A DNA stretch of 55,879 bases, taken from the IMG/VR virus record IMGVR_UViG_3300021090_000024, positions 1 to 55,879 of that record. One strand, written 5' to 3'. The number at the start of each line of letters is the position of its first letter. The first letter of the stretch is position 1. Below are positions 14,128 through 22,881 of the stretch, in pieces. Source of the DNA: a virus. Taxonomy: Duplodnaviria; Caudoviricetes. Below the pieces are notes generated by a model. The model ran no database searches. It saw only the letters and a list, made by a program, of their open reading frames with translations, and had not been told where the DNA came from. The position numbers and the translations under genes are program-made.

Positions 14128-14433
14128 CCTCAAAAAGGCGCAAAAAGGTAGAAAAACGCTCCAAAGTGACCATTTAGGGTCGCCAAGGGGCGTTTTTCTT
14201 ATGGTAAAGTACCAAAAATCGTTTTTAAGGGTGCGCTGTACTACCTCTTATGTGGCTGTCCGAGGCAGGAAACTACAGCTATACCGCCCCACACAAGGCC
14301 TCTGGAAGGCCTTCCAAAGCCCTTCACGCGGTTTAACCTACCAATGTAGGCCTCCGCACCGACCATGCACATTCTGGATGCAGCAGCGGTCGGACAAAAT
14401 TCACCTGTTTAGCCGCCATTCCCTGGCAAATAG

Positions 14434-14475
14434 TCGGCTCAGCACTAGCGGCTGCGGACTTGAATCACTTATATT
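14434..14475 (+). promoter_or_regulatory. Phage promoter motif copy 1
   Basis: TCGGCTCA-N4-TAGCGG-N18-TATATT upstream of the lysis-type cassette. Confidence 0.7.
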
Positions 14476-14509
14476 CAGATTACAAAAGCACGCACCAAAC
14501 GGAGTTTCC

Positions 14510-14761
14510 ATGATGAACACCATTCTTGATGTCGCCCCAAAGCAGCCACGGCAGATCGCACGGGAGCGATTCCCAACTGAGGCGCGCATAATTATGGCGG
14601 AAGACGATCTCGACGGACATGAGCGTATTTTCAATGCGCTTGTTCAGCAAACCGCGATTTTGAATGCCACTATGTTCAAATTGTTAAGCGCTATAATCGT
14701 AGCTATTCTCGGAATAGCGGGTGACATAGCAATTCGCATACTTCCAAAACTACTCGAATAA
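14510..14761 (+). CDS. Holin/XhlA-like membrane protein
   Basis: SD GGAG; coiled coil plus C-terminal TM; next to the endolysin cassette. Confidence 0.55.
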   Translation: MMNTILDVAPKQPRQIARERFPTEARIIMAEDDLDGHERIFNALVQQTAILNATMFKLLSAIIVAILGIAGDIAIRILPKLLE

Positions 14762-14776
14762 AAGAGGAGAATTCTA

Positions 14777-15862
14777 ATGGCAATCGTTGGTCAGATATGG
14801 GATACAAGTTCGCTAACTGCTCCACAGCATGAATTAGTTAGGCAAGCCGTTGAGGTTCGTAGCCGCTTTCCGTGGCCCTTGCTATCGCCAGGACTACTGG
14901 CAGGGAATGAGTGGTCGACGCCTGGCAAGACAGTCATTCCGGTAAATGTAAGAAGCCTCGCCAATTTTGCCCAAGAAGCAGCAGCAAATGGCTGGATTGA
15001 AGGTATCCACTATCACGCTATCCGTGTGAACCCTCTTACAGGCAAACTTGTTAGTCACGATGATGCAGTAACTAGCGGGATCGTGGAGTCTGACGTGGCC
15101 TCTGCTGTCTATGGTTTGTTCTGGTTTTACGGTCTTGTGGAAGTTGAAGAGACATTGGTACAGACACCAATTCTGTTCATTGAAGTCTTCCTTGCTGAAG
15201 GCGCACATGCTATCGACTTTTACTACATGCTGCCTACAGGCAAGCGTGGGGTTATTCATGCCATAATGTGCTCAGGACATACGAAGCACGCTTGGTTCCA
15301 GCCAACCCCTTATTTCGAGATGCCAGGCGAGGGTTTCATGGCATTCCCAATTGCAGGATTCTCAGATGTCCCTGTTACATTGCAAGGCTTCAGTCATCAG
15401 GCAATTGAGCCTGCGTTAAGTCTCGTGAAAAAGGTACTTGTACCGACCATAGACCCGCCACCTCCTCCAAAACCCGTTACAACTCGCCTAGCGATGAACG
15501 CACAGCCGGTTGGCGGCGTTCGCGGTACAAAACTTGCGGACTTCTCCATAAAGTTGCTAGACGCCAATGACGCGGTTAATGTGCTGGATAATTCAACACA
15601 AGTTACCGTGGCGATCCAGCCTGGTAACTACAACACCCGCACAGTCCAAGCAATCAACGGCATAGTGCCGTTTATTGGTGACATATTCCGCAATCTCACT
15701 GGTACGTTCTACTATTCAGTACGAGCATCCAACCTTGCGAGTATTGTGTCAGATTCTTTCATCATTGTGGCAGAGGGAACACCTCCACCATCTAGTGAAT
15801 ATGCGGAGGTAATGACACCAACCGGCGGGCACTTCAACCCAACGTTATGGGTTCGGAAGTAA
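14777..15862 (+). CDS. Protein with a degenerate zincin-like motif, Pro linker and beta-sandwich C-terminus
   Basis: SD GAGGAG; FLAEGAHAID and downstream EGF; PPPPPKP linker. Confidence 0.6.
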   Translation: MAIVGQIWDTSSLTAPQHELVRQAVEVRSRFPWPLLSPGLLAGNEWSTPGKTVIPVNVRSLANFAQEAAANGWIEGIHYHAIRVNPLTGKLVSHDDAVTSGIVESDVASAVYGLFWFYGLVEVEETLVQTPILFIEVFLAEGAHAIDFYYMLPTGKRGVIHAIMCSGHTKHAWFQPTPYFEMPGEGFMAFPIAGFSDVPVTLQGFSHQAIEPALSLVKKVLVPTIDPPPPPKPVTTRLAMNAQPVGGVRGTKLADFSIKLLDANDAVNVLDNSTQVTVAIQPGNYNTRTVQAINGIVPFIGDIFRNLTGTFYYSVRASNLASIVSDSFIIVAEGTPPPSSEYAEVMTPTGGHFNPTLWVRK

Positions 15863-16797
15863 TGCTGAGTCTTGGTGTCGACTTCTCACAAGGGGCATCG
15901 CTTACCCAGGCAACCATGGCCGCATGGAAGGCCGCAGGCGTCAAGCACGTCTACGTTCAATATAGTGCCAAGTTGCCTGAGTATCTTGCCGCTCTTGATG
16001 GGCAAGGCTTCATTGTCGACGTTTACGTATACCTCTATTTCCCACTCTCCCCGTGGGGTCAGGCACCAGAATCAAGAGTGCGCGCGGCCATCGAGATGTG
16101 TCGTGGACATGCTGTACGAACCATCTGGCTGGATGTGGAAGAGCCTACAGATAACGCAGGCCCCGTTGTCACTGTAGAGGCGCTGAAGCGCTGTGAGGCC
16201 ATTGTATGGGTGGCAGGGCTACAACCAGGCATCTATAGTGGGTTTTGGACATACATAGATCACACAGGCAACAGCGAAGCATTTGCGCATCTACCGCTGT
16301 GGCACGCAGATTACTTAGGCGTAGCGCCGCTGCCGGACATGGCCAAGCGTCCGACCGAGATAGTCTTTCGCAATGGCGCGTATGGTGGCTGGCACAAGCC
16401 CGCCGTTTGGCAATGGTGGAACACGACCATGTTCGGTGGGCATAGTGTCGACATGGACATCGAGGAAGAAATCGAGGAAGAAGAAATGTTCAACGTACTA
16501 GCATACGGTAGCGTTACGTGCTATCCAGACCCGAATGGTGAGACTCCATTCAATGTTGGCGATTTTGGACTACCTATCGGCGCTGCGCGTTATCGCTTGC
16601 AAGTGTTCTTCAATAACGATGCACCGGTCATCTTTTATCACGGGCTTCCTGACCCGTCTAATCGTGAGGCTGGTCGGACGTATGCGCCTTATGGCATAAT
16701 TGAGGTAATAGCGTCGCCGGAAGGGAATTTCTGGATCGTAGGAGATCACGAAATCACAATCGTACCGCTAGGCTATTATTCCGAGCGACAAGCGTAA
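15862..16797 (+). CDS. Endolysin, GH25-like muramidase
   Basis: GVDFS, YVYLY, IWLDVE, GIYS, LWHADY, WQW, VDMD motifs. Confidence 0.85.
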   Translation: MLSLGVDFSQGASLTQATMAAWKAAGVKHVYVQYSAKLPEYLAALDGQGFIVDVYVYLYFPLSPWGQAPESRVRAAIEMCRGHAVRTIWLDVEEPTDNAGPVVTVEALKRCEAIVWVAGLQPGIYSGFWTYIDHTGNSEAFAHLPLWHADYLGVAPLPDMAKRPTEIVFRNGAYGGWHKPAVWQWWNTTMFGGHSVDMDIEEEIEEEEMFNVLAYGSVTCYPDPNGETPFNVGDFGLPIGAARYRLQVFFNNDAPVIFYHGLPDPSNREAGRTYAPYGIIEVIASPEGNFWIVGDHEITIVPLGYYSERQA

Positions 16798-16805
16798 AGG
16801 GAGAA

Positions 16806-17174
16806 ATGATGCGTTTATCTACATTTGCTGGTACTATGGTTGTGGGCCTTACCCCACTCATCTTCGCGATAGGCATATTGGTCGGAACAATCTACTCTGA
16901 TCCACGTGTGCCTGAGAAGGAATGGGTCTTGCCCGCTTATTTCAATGGGCAAGGGGCGTTCACACTAGGTTGTGCGCTATGGGATGAGACGTATGTTACA
17001 CCGTATGGGCCAGAGAATGCGCGAACAGATTTCGCCGCCCTATCGTTCGACTCAGAAGGGTTATTGGCGTTCATCGATGGGCCTAATGGCACGGAGCTTA
17101 TCAGCGGGAAGCACTGTGGCATCTCGGTCGACTGGCGCGCCATACCGCATGGCCCACAGCGACCAGGGGAATAG
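16806..17174 (+). CDS. Membrane-anchored hypothetical protein
   Basis: SD AAGGGAG; N-terminal TM. Confidence 0.65.
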   Translation: MMRLSTFAGTMVVGLTPLIFAIGILVGTIYSDPRVPEKEWVLPAYFNGQGAFTLGCALWDETYVTPYGPENARTDFAALSFDSEGLLAFIDGPNGTELISGKHCGISVDWRAIPHGPQRPGE

Positions 17175-17188
17175 GTCTCGGCAAGTAG

Positions 17189-17566
17189 CTAGGGGTCTTG
17201 TCTTACGAGGTGTCCTTCGCTATCAAAATACATATCCTCAACATCCCGATGATAGCCGTCATGGTTCGCCTCTAACACGCACGCGCCGTCAAATGCGCCG
17301 CAGATGATTAGAGCGGGATGCTCTGTTTCCTCTATTAAAGCACCATGCTCTTCTGCTGCCATAGTGAGTAAGCGCTCAATACGTGCTAAATCTGCGGCCA
17401 TTGCAACCACAAGATCAGACGAGGCCTCCCCGAACCAAGCAATGTAAGGCCGCTTTGTAGTAGCGTGCTGAAGAACAAAACCCATCGAGGCAATACTGCC
17501 TGCGTTGATAATCGCGGCTGCTACGGTTTCAAGGAACGCAATCTCTGGTCGTTTCTCAGTCATCAT
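17189..17566 (-). CDS. Hypothetical protein
   Basis: SD GGAGG on the minus strand; coupled to the upstream minus-strand ORF. Confidence 0.65.
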   Translation of the reverse strand: MMTEKRPEIAFLETVAAAIINAGSIASMGFVLQHATTKRPYIAWFGEASSDLVVAMAADLARIERLLTMAAEEHGALIEETEHPALIICGAFDGACVLEANHDGYHRDVEDMYFDSEGHLVRQDP

Positions 17567-18182
17567 TTGCCTCCAAGCCATATTGTACAGCACGGTGCAA
17601 CATCTCGCGCTCATGCGCGACGGCGGCAGCGTAGCGTTTGTCGTCGGGGTTGTCTTTGCGCAATTGGCGGAACCTCATATTGAAAACATAGTCCATAGCA
17701 GATGCGCGATCTAAGAGGTGATAGTGCTTCCTATCTACGATGTAACAATTGAATTCCCGCACATGATCTCTTTGCTTCTGTGTATTATTTCGCAGGCGTT
17801 CTTTCCAGCAATCTTTGCATGTATTGCGGCGTTCTGCAAAGTCCTTTAGATCAAGATATGCACCACATTCTTTACAGAACTTATGCGTTTCTGGATGCAA
17901 TCTTTTTGCTTGTTCTTGTCGTGTTTGACGAAGGCTAACAAGTTCCCAATTCGAGGGTTCAAGATTCATCCAATTACCGTCGACTGGCCGGAGGTGGGCG
18001 ACCCGTGATGGCGCTGGAACCCCATGAATTTGCTCCCACAAGATGCGGTGCGCCGGAGCCAACACATGGCGACTGGCGTGATCTGGCGGCTCGGTGCAAC
18101 GGAGCAAATAGGGATGTCCGTGGCTGTTCATTGTCTCGCCGTAAGTACATAGGTCGTTCACGCCGTGGTCTATACACCTCAC
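17556..18182 (-). CDS. Degenerate HNH-family protein with Zn finger
   Basis: AHRILWEQIHG..P..DGNWMNL..SNW; CxxC..CxxC; start uncertain. Confidence 0.65.
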   Translation of the reverse strand: MRCIDHGVNDLCTYGETMNSHGHPYLLRCTEPPDHASRHVLAPAHRILWEQIHGVPAPSRVAHLRPVDGNWMNLEPSNWELVSLRQTRQEQAKRLHPETHKFCKECGAYLDLKDFAERRNTCKDCWKERLRNNTQKQRDHVREFNCYIVDRKHYHLLDRASAMDYVFNMRFRQLRKDNPDDKRYAAAVAHEREMLHRAVQYGLEANDD

Positions 18183-18288
18183 GCTTAGTATATGTATATA
18201 GTATTAAGAACAAGTATTACGTACAACGCACTTAGCGATCTTCCCCAAACGTGCGGTGTATAGACCACGGCGTATGCGAACAAAGGAC

Positions 18289-18317
18289 TTGACACCACGC
18301 GCCAGAAAACGTATGTT
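18289..18317 (+). promoter_or_regulatory. Sigma70-type promoter
   Basis: TTGACA-N17-TATGTT; GTG start follows at 18325 with no SD. Confidence 0.7.
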
Positions 18318-18324
18318 CTAAAAC

Positions 18325-18510
18325 GTGAGTGCAATTGATCATGTTCATACTCCTCTTGAGGGAACCGTTCTCGACGCTGAAGGACGCGCGACGAACGATG
18401 TCTGGATAAGTTGCAAAACGTGTGGCGCACCGCTAGGTATAAAAAAAGCTCTCCCATTCCCCCAGGAACCTCTTAAAGGTTATACAGCGTTTCTAACAAA
18501 AATACAATGA
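18325..18510 (+). CDS. Small Zn-ribbon protein
   Basis: HxH...CxxC; ATGA overlap with the next ORF. Confidence 0.55.
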   Translation: MSAIDHVHTPLEGTVLDAEGRATNDVWISCKTCGAPLGIKKALPFPQEPLKGYTAFLTKIQ

Positions 18511-18875
18511 AACCATCATACAGTGGAAAGCGTGGCTACCGCATCCTTTATTTGCATTGCAATAAGTGCAAAATGGAGCGACCATTTTTCCGAGTTAATT
18601 CCTGGCCAACGCCTCAGAAGAAAATAATTCGGCGTATCGGCGATCATCGATTCGTAGTATTGCCGTCGCCCAACCCTCTTCTTGGTGTGTCACCTACCGC
18701 CCGCTTGGTGAATGCAACTTGTATGATTTGTGGGAAGGCCGCACAGTATGTGGTGTCGCTGAGGGTCTTGGGCCGGAGTAAATACACCACGAGCGATTTA
18801 TGCTCTTGCGGTCTGCCGGTGCAGCACGTCGGCGCGCATTTGGAGGTTCTACGTGTCAAATCCAAAACCACCTAG
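18507..18875 (+). CDS. Zn-finger protein
   Basis: CNKC, CMIC, CSC..HVGAH. Confidence 0.6.
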   Translation: MKPSYSGKRGYRILYLHCNKCKMERPFFRVNSWPTPQKKIIRRIGDHRFVVLPSPNPLLGVSPTARLVNATCMICGKAAQYVVSLRVLGRSKYTTSDLCSCGLPVQHVGAHLEVLRVKSKTT

Positions 18876-19605
18876 ACTTTGCGCGAATGGTGATGGGAAG
18901 AAGCATTATGCTAATGGTTATTGCCAAGCGTGCTATATGCAATCTTACCGTGGCGGTGGCGCGCCTCTTGAGCCTGAAGAGGAAGTTGACTCGAATACTA
19001 TGGCTGGTGCTCCGCTGGCTCAGTCTGATTTAGATGAGCTTCTATCTGCCACCGCATCGCGTTACCCAACGAGTTTTTTAGCTGTTGATCCTCAAGAGGA
19101 TGATACCGATGGCGTGCGCCGAATGCGCCAACGTCTCTCACGTCAAGTATATTTAGCACGTCGGGAAATCGTGCGCATCATGCTTTTTGACGGCTATGAA
19201 TCGTGGCAAATTAAGAATGAGTTCTTGGTGCGACCGGAATTATTGAAACGCTTCGTGGCACCGCTGCGCGATCCAGATCGGATTTTGGATGACGATATTG
19301 CGTCAATTAAAGCCGAGGGTCGGTTGAATCCTCTGGCGCGCTATGTCGATGGCATCAAACGAGCACTTCGTCGGGCCAACGCCTTCGCTGACGATTCTGG
19401 TCTAAGCGCTAAGGAACGTTCAAGTTGGGCTAAGTCTGCTGACGACATGCAGCGCAATTTGGCTATCTTGGAAAAAGCTATCCACGTTGTGCCAGGCCAT
19501 GGTGATATGCCTGTGACCGGTGCAGGGATGGGTGATCCTGATGAGGATGATGGTGAGTATGACTTGCCGGATGTGGAGGAAGACGATGATAACGATACAG
19601 AATGA
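18853..19605 (+). CDS. Probable terminase small subunit
   Basis: SD GGAGG; helical/HTH-like body, acidic tail, upstream of TerL (positional inference). Confidence 0.5.
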   Translation: MSNPKPPRLCANGDGKKHYANGYCQACYMQSYRGGGAPLEPEEEVDSNTMAGAPLAQSDLDELLSATASRYPTSFLAVDPQEDDTDGVRRMRQRLSRQVYLARREIVRIMLFDGYESWQIKNEFLVRPELLKRFVAPLRDPDRILDDDIASIKAEGRLNPLARYVDGIKRALRRANAFADDSGLSAKERSSWAKSADDMQRNLAILEKAIHVVPGHGDMPVTGAGMGDPDEDDGEYDLPDVEEDDDNDTE

Positions 19606-19783
19606 GGGTCGCTATCCTTTCTTGTTGGATTCTACGATTAGTTTTGAATTAAAAACCGGTCGCCCACCTATTTCTGGTGAGATCGAGCGACTTGAGCAAG
19701 GAGACAGTTTGCTTATCAAAGTTGGCCACGATGTGAAAATCGTTTTGAGAGATGACATTTTAGCCATCCGTGCTGTAGTATAG
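19586..19783 (+). CDS. Sm/Hfq-like small protein (65 aa)
   Basis: SD GGAGGA; ISFELKTG..ISGEIERLEQ..LLIK..IVLRDDILAI follows the Sm1/Sm2 pattern. Confidence 0.55.
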   Translation: MITIQNEGRYPFLLDSTISFELKTGRPPISGEIERLEQGDSLLIKVGHDVKIVLRDDILAIRAVV

Positions 19784-19810
19784 AGACAGAAAAGAATTAG
19801 GAGGCTAATC

Positions 19811-20020
19811 ATGCGGTGGGATGTTGTTAAATCTTTAGCTCTACGAACGGCGGTTTCGGCGGTTCTAGCGGGGCTAGCTTACGGGGCAGATCATGTGACA
19901 GATGTGGGCGCAAGTGCGGATAATGCAGCGCTAATTACATTTGGCCTAACTTATGTGATGCACTTTGTGCACGCATTAGCCACGAAGTACGGTGTTGATC
20001 CGGCTGTCGACAGGGCGTAA
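19811..20020 (+). CDS. Putative holin
   Basis: SD AGGAGG; 69 aa with two hydrophobic helices. Confidence 0.55.
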   Translation: MRWDVVKSLALRTAVSAVLAGLAYGADHVTDVGASADNAALITFGLTYVMHFVHALATKYGVDPAVDRA

Positions 20021-20030
20021 TTTGTAGGTC

Positions 20031-21491
20031 ATGGCTAAGCCTAAAAACTATTGGGAGCGCGAACGTGAGCGGCGGCGCAATGCAAGCACCGACCGTCGTT
20101 CACAGCGCATTGCTGGTCAGGATGTTTCTAAGAAATTCCATCCCATAAATCGTGGACAGACGGATGCTTGGAACTCTGATGCCGATATAGTTGCGGCTAT
20201 TTCGGGGCATGGTGGCGGGAAATCACAGCTTGGGGCTTATTGGTTATTGCGCGAGGCTAAGCGCTGGCCAGGCGATACCTTTATCGTTGCAGGCCCTACT
20301 CACAACACGCTTGAAAAGTCTTCGATTCCTAAACTCAAGGCCATTCTTGCACTCCACGGATTACCGTGGGATTATGATCACAACGCCAAAATCGGGTTTC
20401 GCGTTCAGCAGAAACAATACATGCTACCCAAGGGCGGTATCATTTATTTTGGCTCTTGTGAAAAGCCTGGCTCGATGCAGGGCGCACATGCGCGTGCTTT
20501 TTGGATGGATGAGACAGTTGACACTGAATACTACGCTTTCGAGACATTATATGGCCGTGTCGCTTTCAATGAGGGCCGTGGGATTATTACATCGACTCCT
20601 TATGACATGGGGTGGCTCTACGGGCAGATTTATCAGCCTTGGATCGCTGCTGGTCGCCCCGATGCTGCCACGGCAAAAGACATTTTTGTGGCACAATGGA
20701 AGAGCGTCGATAATCCTGCATTCTCGAAGTCACGCTTCGAAAAACTACGGGCAAAGCTCGAACCATGGCGTTTCCGCTTGCTCTATGAGGGTGAGTTTGA
20801 GCGACCAATGGGTCTGGTTTATGATTGCTTCACGCCGGAGACTTGGGTTAAGCCGTTCGAGATTCCACCAGAATGGCCCCGCAAACTTGGTATAGACTTT
20901 GGGGTGGTCGACCCAACTGCTTGTATTTGGATGGCTCAAGCACCTGATAAAGTGTGGTACGCCTATGACGAATACTATCAAAGTGGTTGGATGCGCTTTG
21001 CTGATGAGATCGAATCAGATGCTCTTTCTGGTAAACATTCGACACAAATGGAAATGATTGACGAAATTGTGGCACGCTGCATTGCGCATGAAGAGAAGCC
21101 AAGGGCGGTCTATTGCGACGATTCTGGTAAGGACTACATCATGCAGGCCAAGGATAAGTTTTATGAAACCCTTGGCACTAATGCTGTGTATCCTGCACAT
21201 AAGAAGGACATCTCCTCTGGCATTCAGCGGTGTTATGGTCTGGTTCGCAGTGGCAAGTTTCGTATCTTCAATACCTTGAAATATTTTAGGAATGAAGTTG
21301 AGAGCTATAGCTATGAACTCGACAAGGATACAGGTGAGTTGGCTAAGGGTGCGGCTCCGAAGGATAAAAACAATCACCTTATGGACGCATGGCGTTATGC
21401 GGTTGTTGGTTCGCCGGATGAGGCCTTCAATAGTTTCGGCTACGGCAGTCTTGGCCCGAATGACAACTTCCGTATGCCAGGGTTGAGTTAA
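20031..21491 (+). CDS. terL: Terminase large subunit
   Basis: Walker A GHGGGKS, Walker B FWMDE, TSTP, nuclease GIDFG and NHLMDAWRY. Confidence 0.95.
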   Translation: MAKPKNYWERERERRRNASTDRRSQRIAGQDVSKKFHPINRGQTDAWNSDADIVAAISGHGGGKSQLGAYWLLREAKRWPGDTFIVAGPTHNTLEKSSIPKLKAILALHGLPWDYDHNAKIGFRVQQKQYMLPKGGIIYFGSCEKPGSMQGAHARAFWMDETVDTEYYAFETLYGRVAFNEGRGIITSTPYDMGWLYGQIYQPWIAAGRPDAATAKDIFVAQWKSVDNPAFSKSRFEKLRAKLEPWRFRLLYEGEFERPMGLVYDCFTPETWVKPFEIPPEWPRKLGIDFGVVDPTACIWMAQAPDKVWYAYDEYYQSGWMRFADEIESDALSGKHSTQMEMIDEIVARCIAHEEKPRAVYCDDSGKDYIMQAKDKFYETLGTNAVYPAHKKDISSGIQRCYGLVRSGKFRIFNTLKYFRNEVESYSYELDKDTGELAKGAAPKDKNNHLMDAWRYAVVGSPDEAFNSFGYGSLGPNDNFRMPGLS

Positions 21492-21495
21492 ATAG

Positions 21496-21537
21496 TCGGC
21501 TGAGCGCTCGACAGGGAAACATCTTCCGTCTTACCCT
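21496..21537 (+). promoter_or_regulatory. Phage promoter motif copy 2
   Basis: TCGGCTGA-N4-TCGACA-N18-TACCCT; ATG at 21544. Confidence 0.75.
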
Positions 21538-21543
21538 TGCTTT

Positions 21544-21801
21544 ATGGCGATTAAGAGAATTGTGCCTTTCATTACTACAGGAGACAACCATAAGGTTACT
21601 TTTGCGAACGGTGATAGGCAATTAGCAGATTGGGAGCAGCCCTACGCTACGGATAGACTCTCTATCGACTTGACTGGCAAGCCAATGGTTGAACTAAACT
21701 ACGAGGAGTGGTTAGAGAAGGTCTACCATACCATGTTGGTTAGACAGCAATTGGTGAATGAGGTGCGCAGTCAATATGCAGCGCACTTCAAGCGATTCTA
21801 A
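21544..21801 (+). CDS. Hypothetical protein
   Basis: Probably leaderless start after the promoter. Confidence 0.7.
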   Translation: MAIKRIVPFITTGDNHKVTFANGDRQLADWEQPYATDRLSIDLTGKPMVELNYEEWLEKVYHTMLVRQQLVNEVRSQYAAHFKRF

Positions 21802-21815
21802 CAAGGAGTAAAACG

Positions 21816-22457
21816 ATGACACGAGGATTAAAAGCAGTTATACCAGGTGTTGGCCGCAGCATTCGTGTCAAGGCAGATGAGATCGAATCTGGCGCGGTCG
21901 AAGCGGCGGCGTTGGGTGTAGGTGTATTGGTTCCAGAATACTTAGGGATACCTGATCTTGCCGTCGATGATCATTTTCTCAATTCAATCGATATGCAGGC
22001 GACGGCTTATACGCTTACTGCGACCACTCTTCCGGCAGGGAATCCTCCTCGAACATTGACCTTCACACATACTTCTGATGGCGGTGCGGACACACTTGGA
22101 AATGTTGTTGTGGAAGGCACTGATGGCGAGGATGCTGTGATTACTGAGACTGTTGCACTTGTTGCGGCTAGTGCGGTCACAAGTCTAAAAGCATTTAAGA
22201 CGGTCACATCTGTCATCACTGCGGGTTGGGTGACTAACGGTGCGGCTGATCAGATTAAGGTCGGCTTTGGTGCTGGTCTTGGTTTAACGCGTCGCCTCAC
22301 AGCAGATGCCCAGGTATTCTTGGCAATGCTGGCTGGTTTGGTACGTTTACCTGATGCCATCAGCACTGATGTAACTGACATTGCTCTGAATTGGATTAGT
22401 CTAACCGGCGGCACTTACGACGGTGCAAAAGAAGCCCGTGCAATACTGGTGCTATAA
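21816..22457 (+). CDS. Putative virion structural protein
   Basis: SD AAGGAG; Ala/Gly/Thr/Val-rich beta composition; head module. Confidence 0.6.
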   Translation: MTRGLKAVIPGVGRSIRVKADEIESGAVEAAALGVGVLVPEYLGIPDLAVDDHFLNSIDMQATAYTLTATTLPAGNPPRTLTFTHTSDGGADTLGNVVVEGTDGEDAVITETVALVAASAVTSLKAFKTVTSVITAGWVTNGAADQIKVGFGAGLGLTRRLTADAQVFLAMLAGLVRLPDAISTDVTDIALNWISLTGGTYDGAKEARAILVL

Positions 22458-22469
22458 GGGAGCCACATA

Positions 22470-22859
22470 ATGGACATTGTTAAGAACATTTTTCGTAATG
22501 TAGGTCGTTTGGTGCATGGCTTTCGTGTGGGCCTTAATTTTACTAAGGCTTCAGATGGGACTTATACACTTACTCCCTCAATTGCAGCAGACCGTAATGT
22601 ACTGATTGCGGTTAAAGTCACAGAGACATTTGCTGCTGGCGACGGCGCTAAGCCGACATTCAAAATCGGTCAGACAGGTTCCACAAGCAAATTTGCGGCG
22701 ACAACTGCCTTTTCTGTCAGCGCCATTATGGGGGATGTACTGATATTCTCTGGCGTTTTGTCATCGGGTGCTGCCCTGCTTGTGACAGTAACAGCCGCTA
22801 CAGGCACCGCGACTGGTGCACTTGCGGTTGAGGCAATTGTCTTGCCTGCCACGGTATAA
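22470..22859 (+). CDS. Putative virion structural (decoration-like) protein
   Basis: SD AGGGAG; beta-rich. Confidence 0.6.
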   Translation: MDIVKNIFRNVGRLVHGFRVGLNFTKASDGTYTLTPSIAADRNVLIAVKVTETFAAGDGAKPTFKIGQTGSTSKFAATTAFSVSAIMGDVLIFSGVLSSGAALLVTVTAATGTATGALAVEAIVLPATV

Positions 22860-22881
22860 GCCGGAGGGAGGCACTTTTACT

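Noticed and set aside
14201-14509. N-terminal extension of ORF 14201-14761
   Set aside because: It spans a promoter motif and hairpins; the SD-supported start is 14510.
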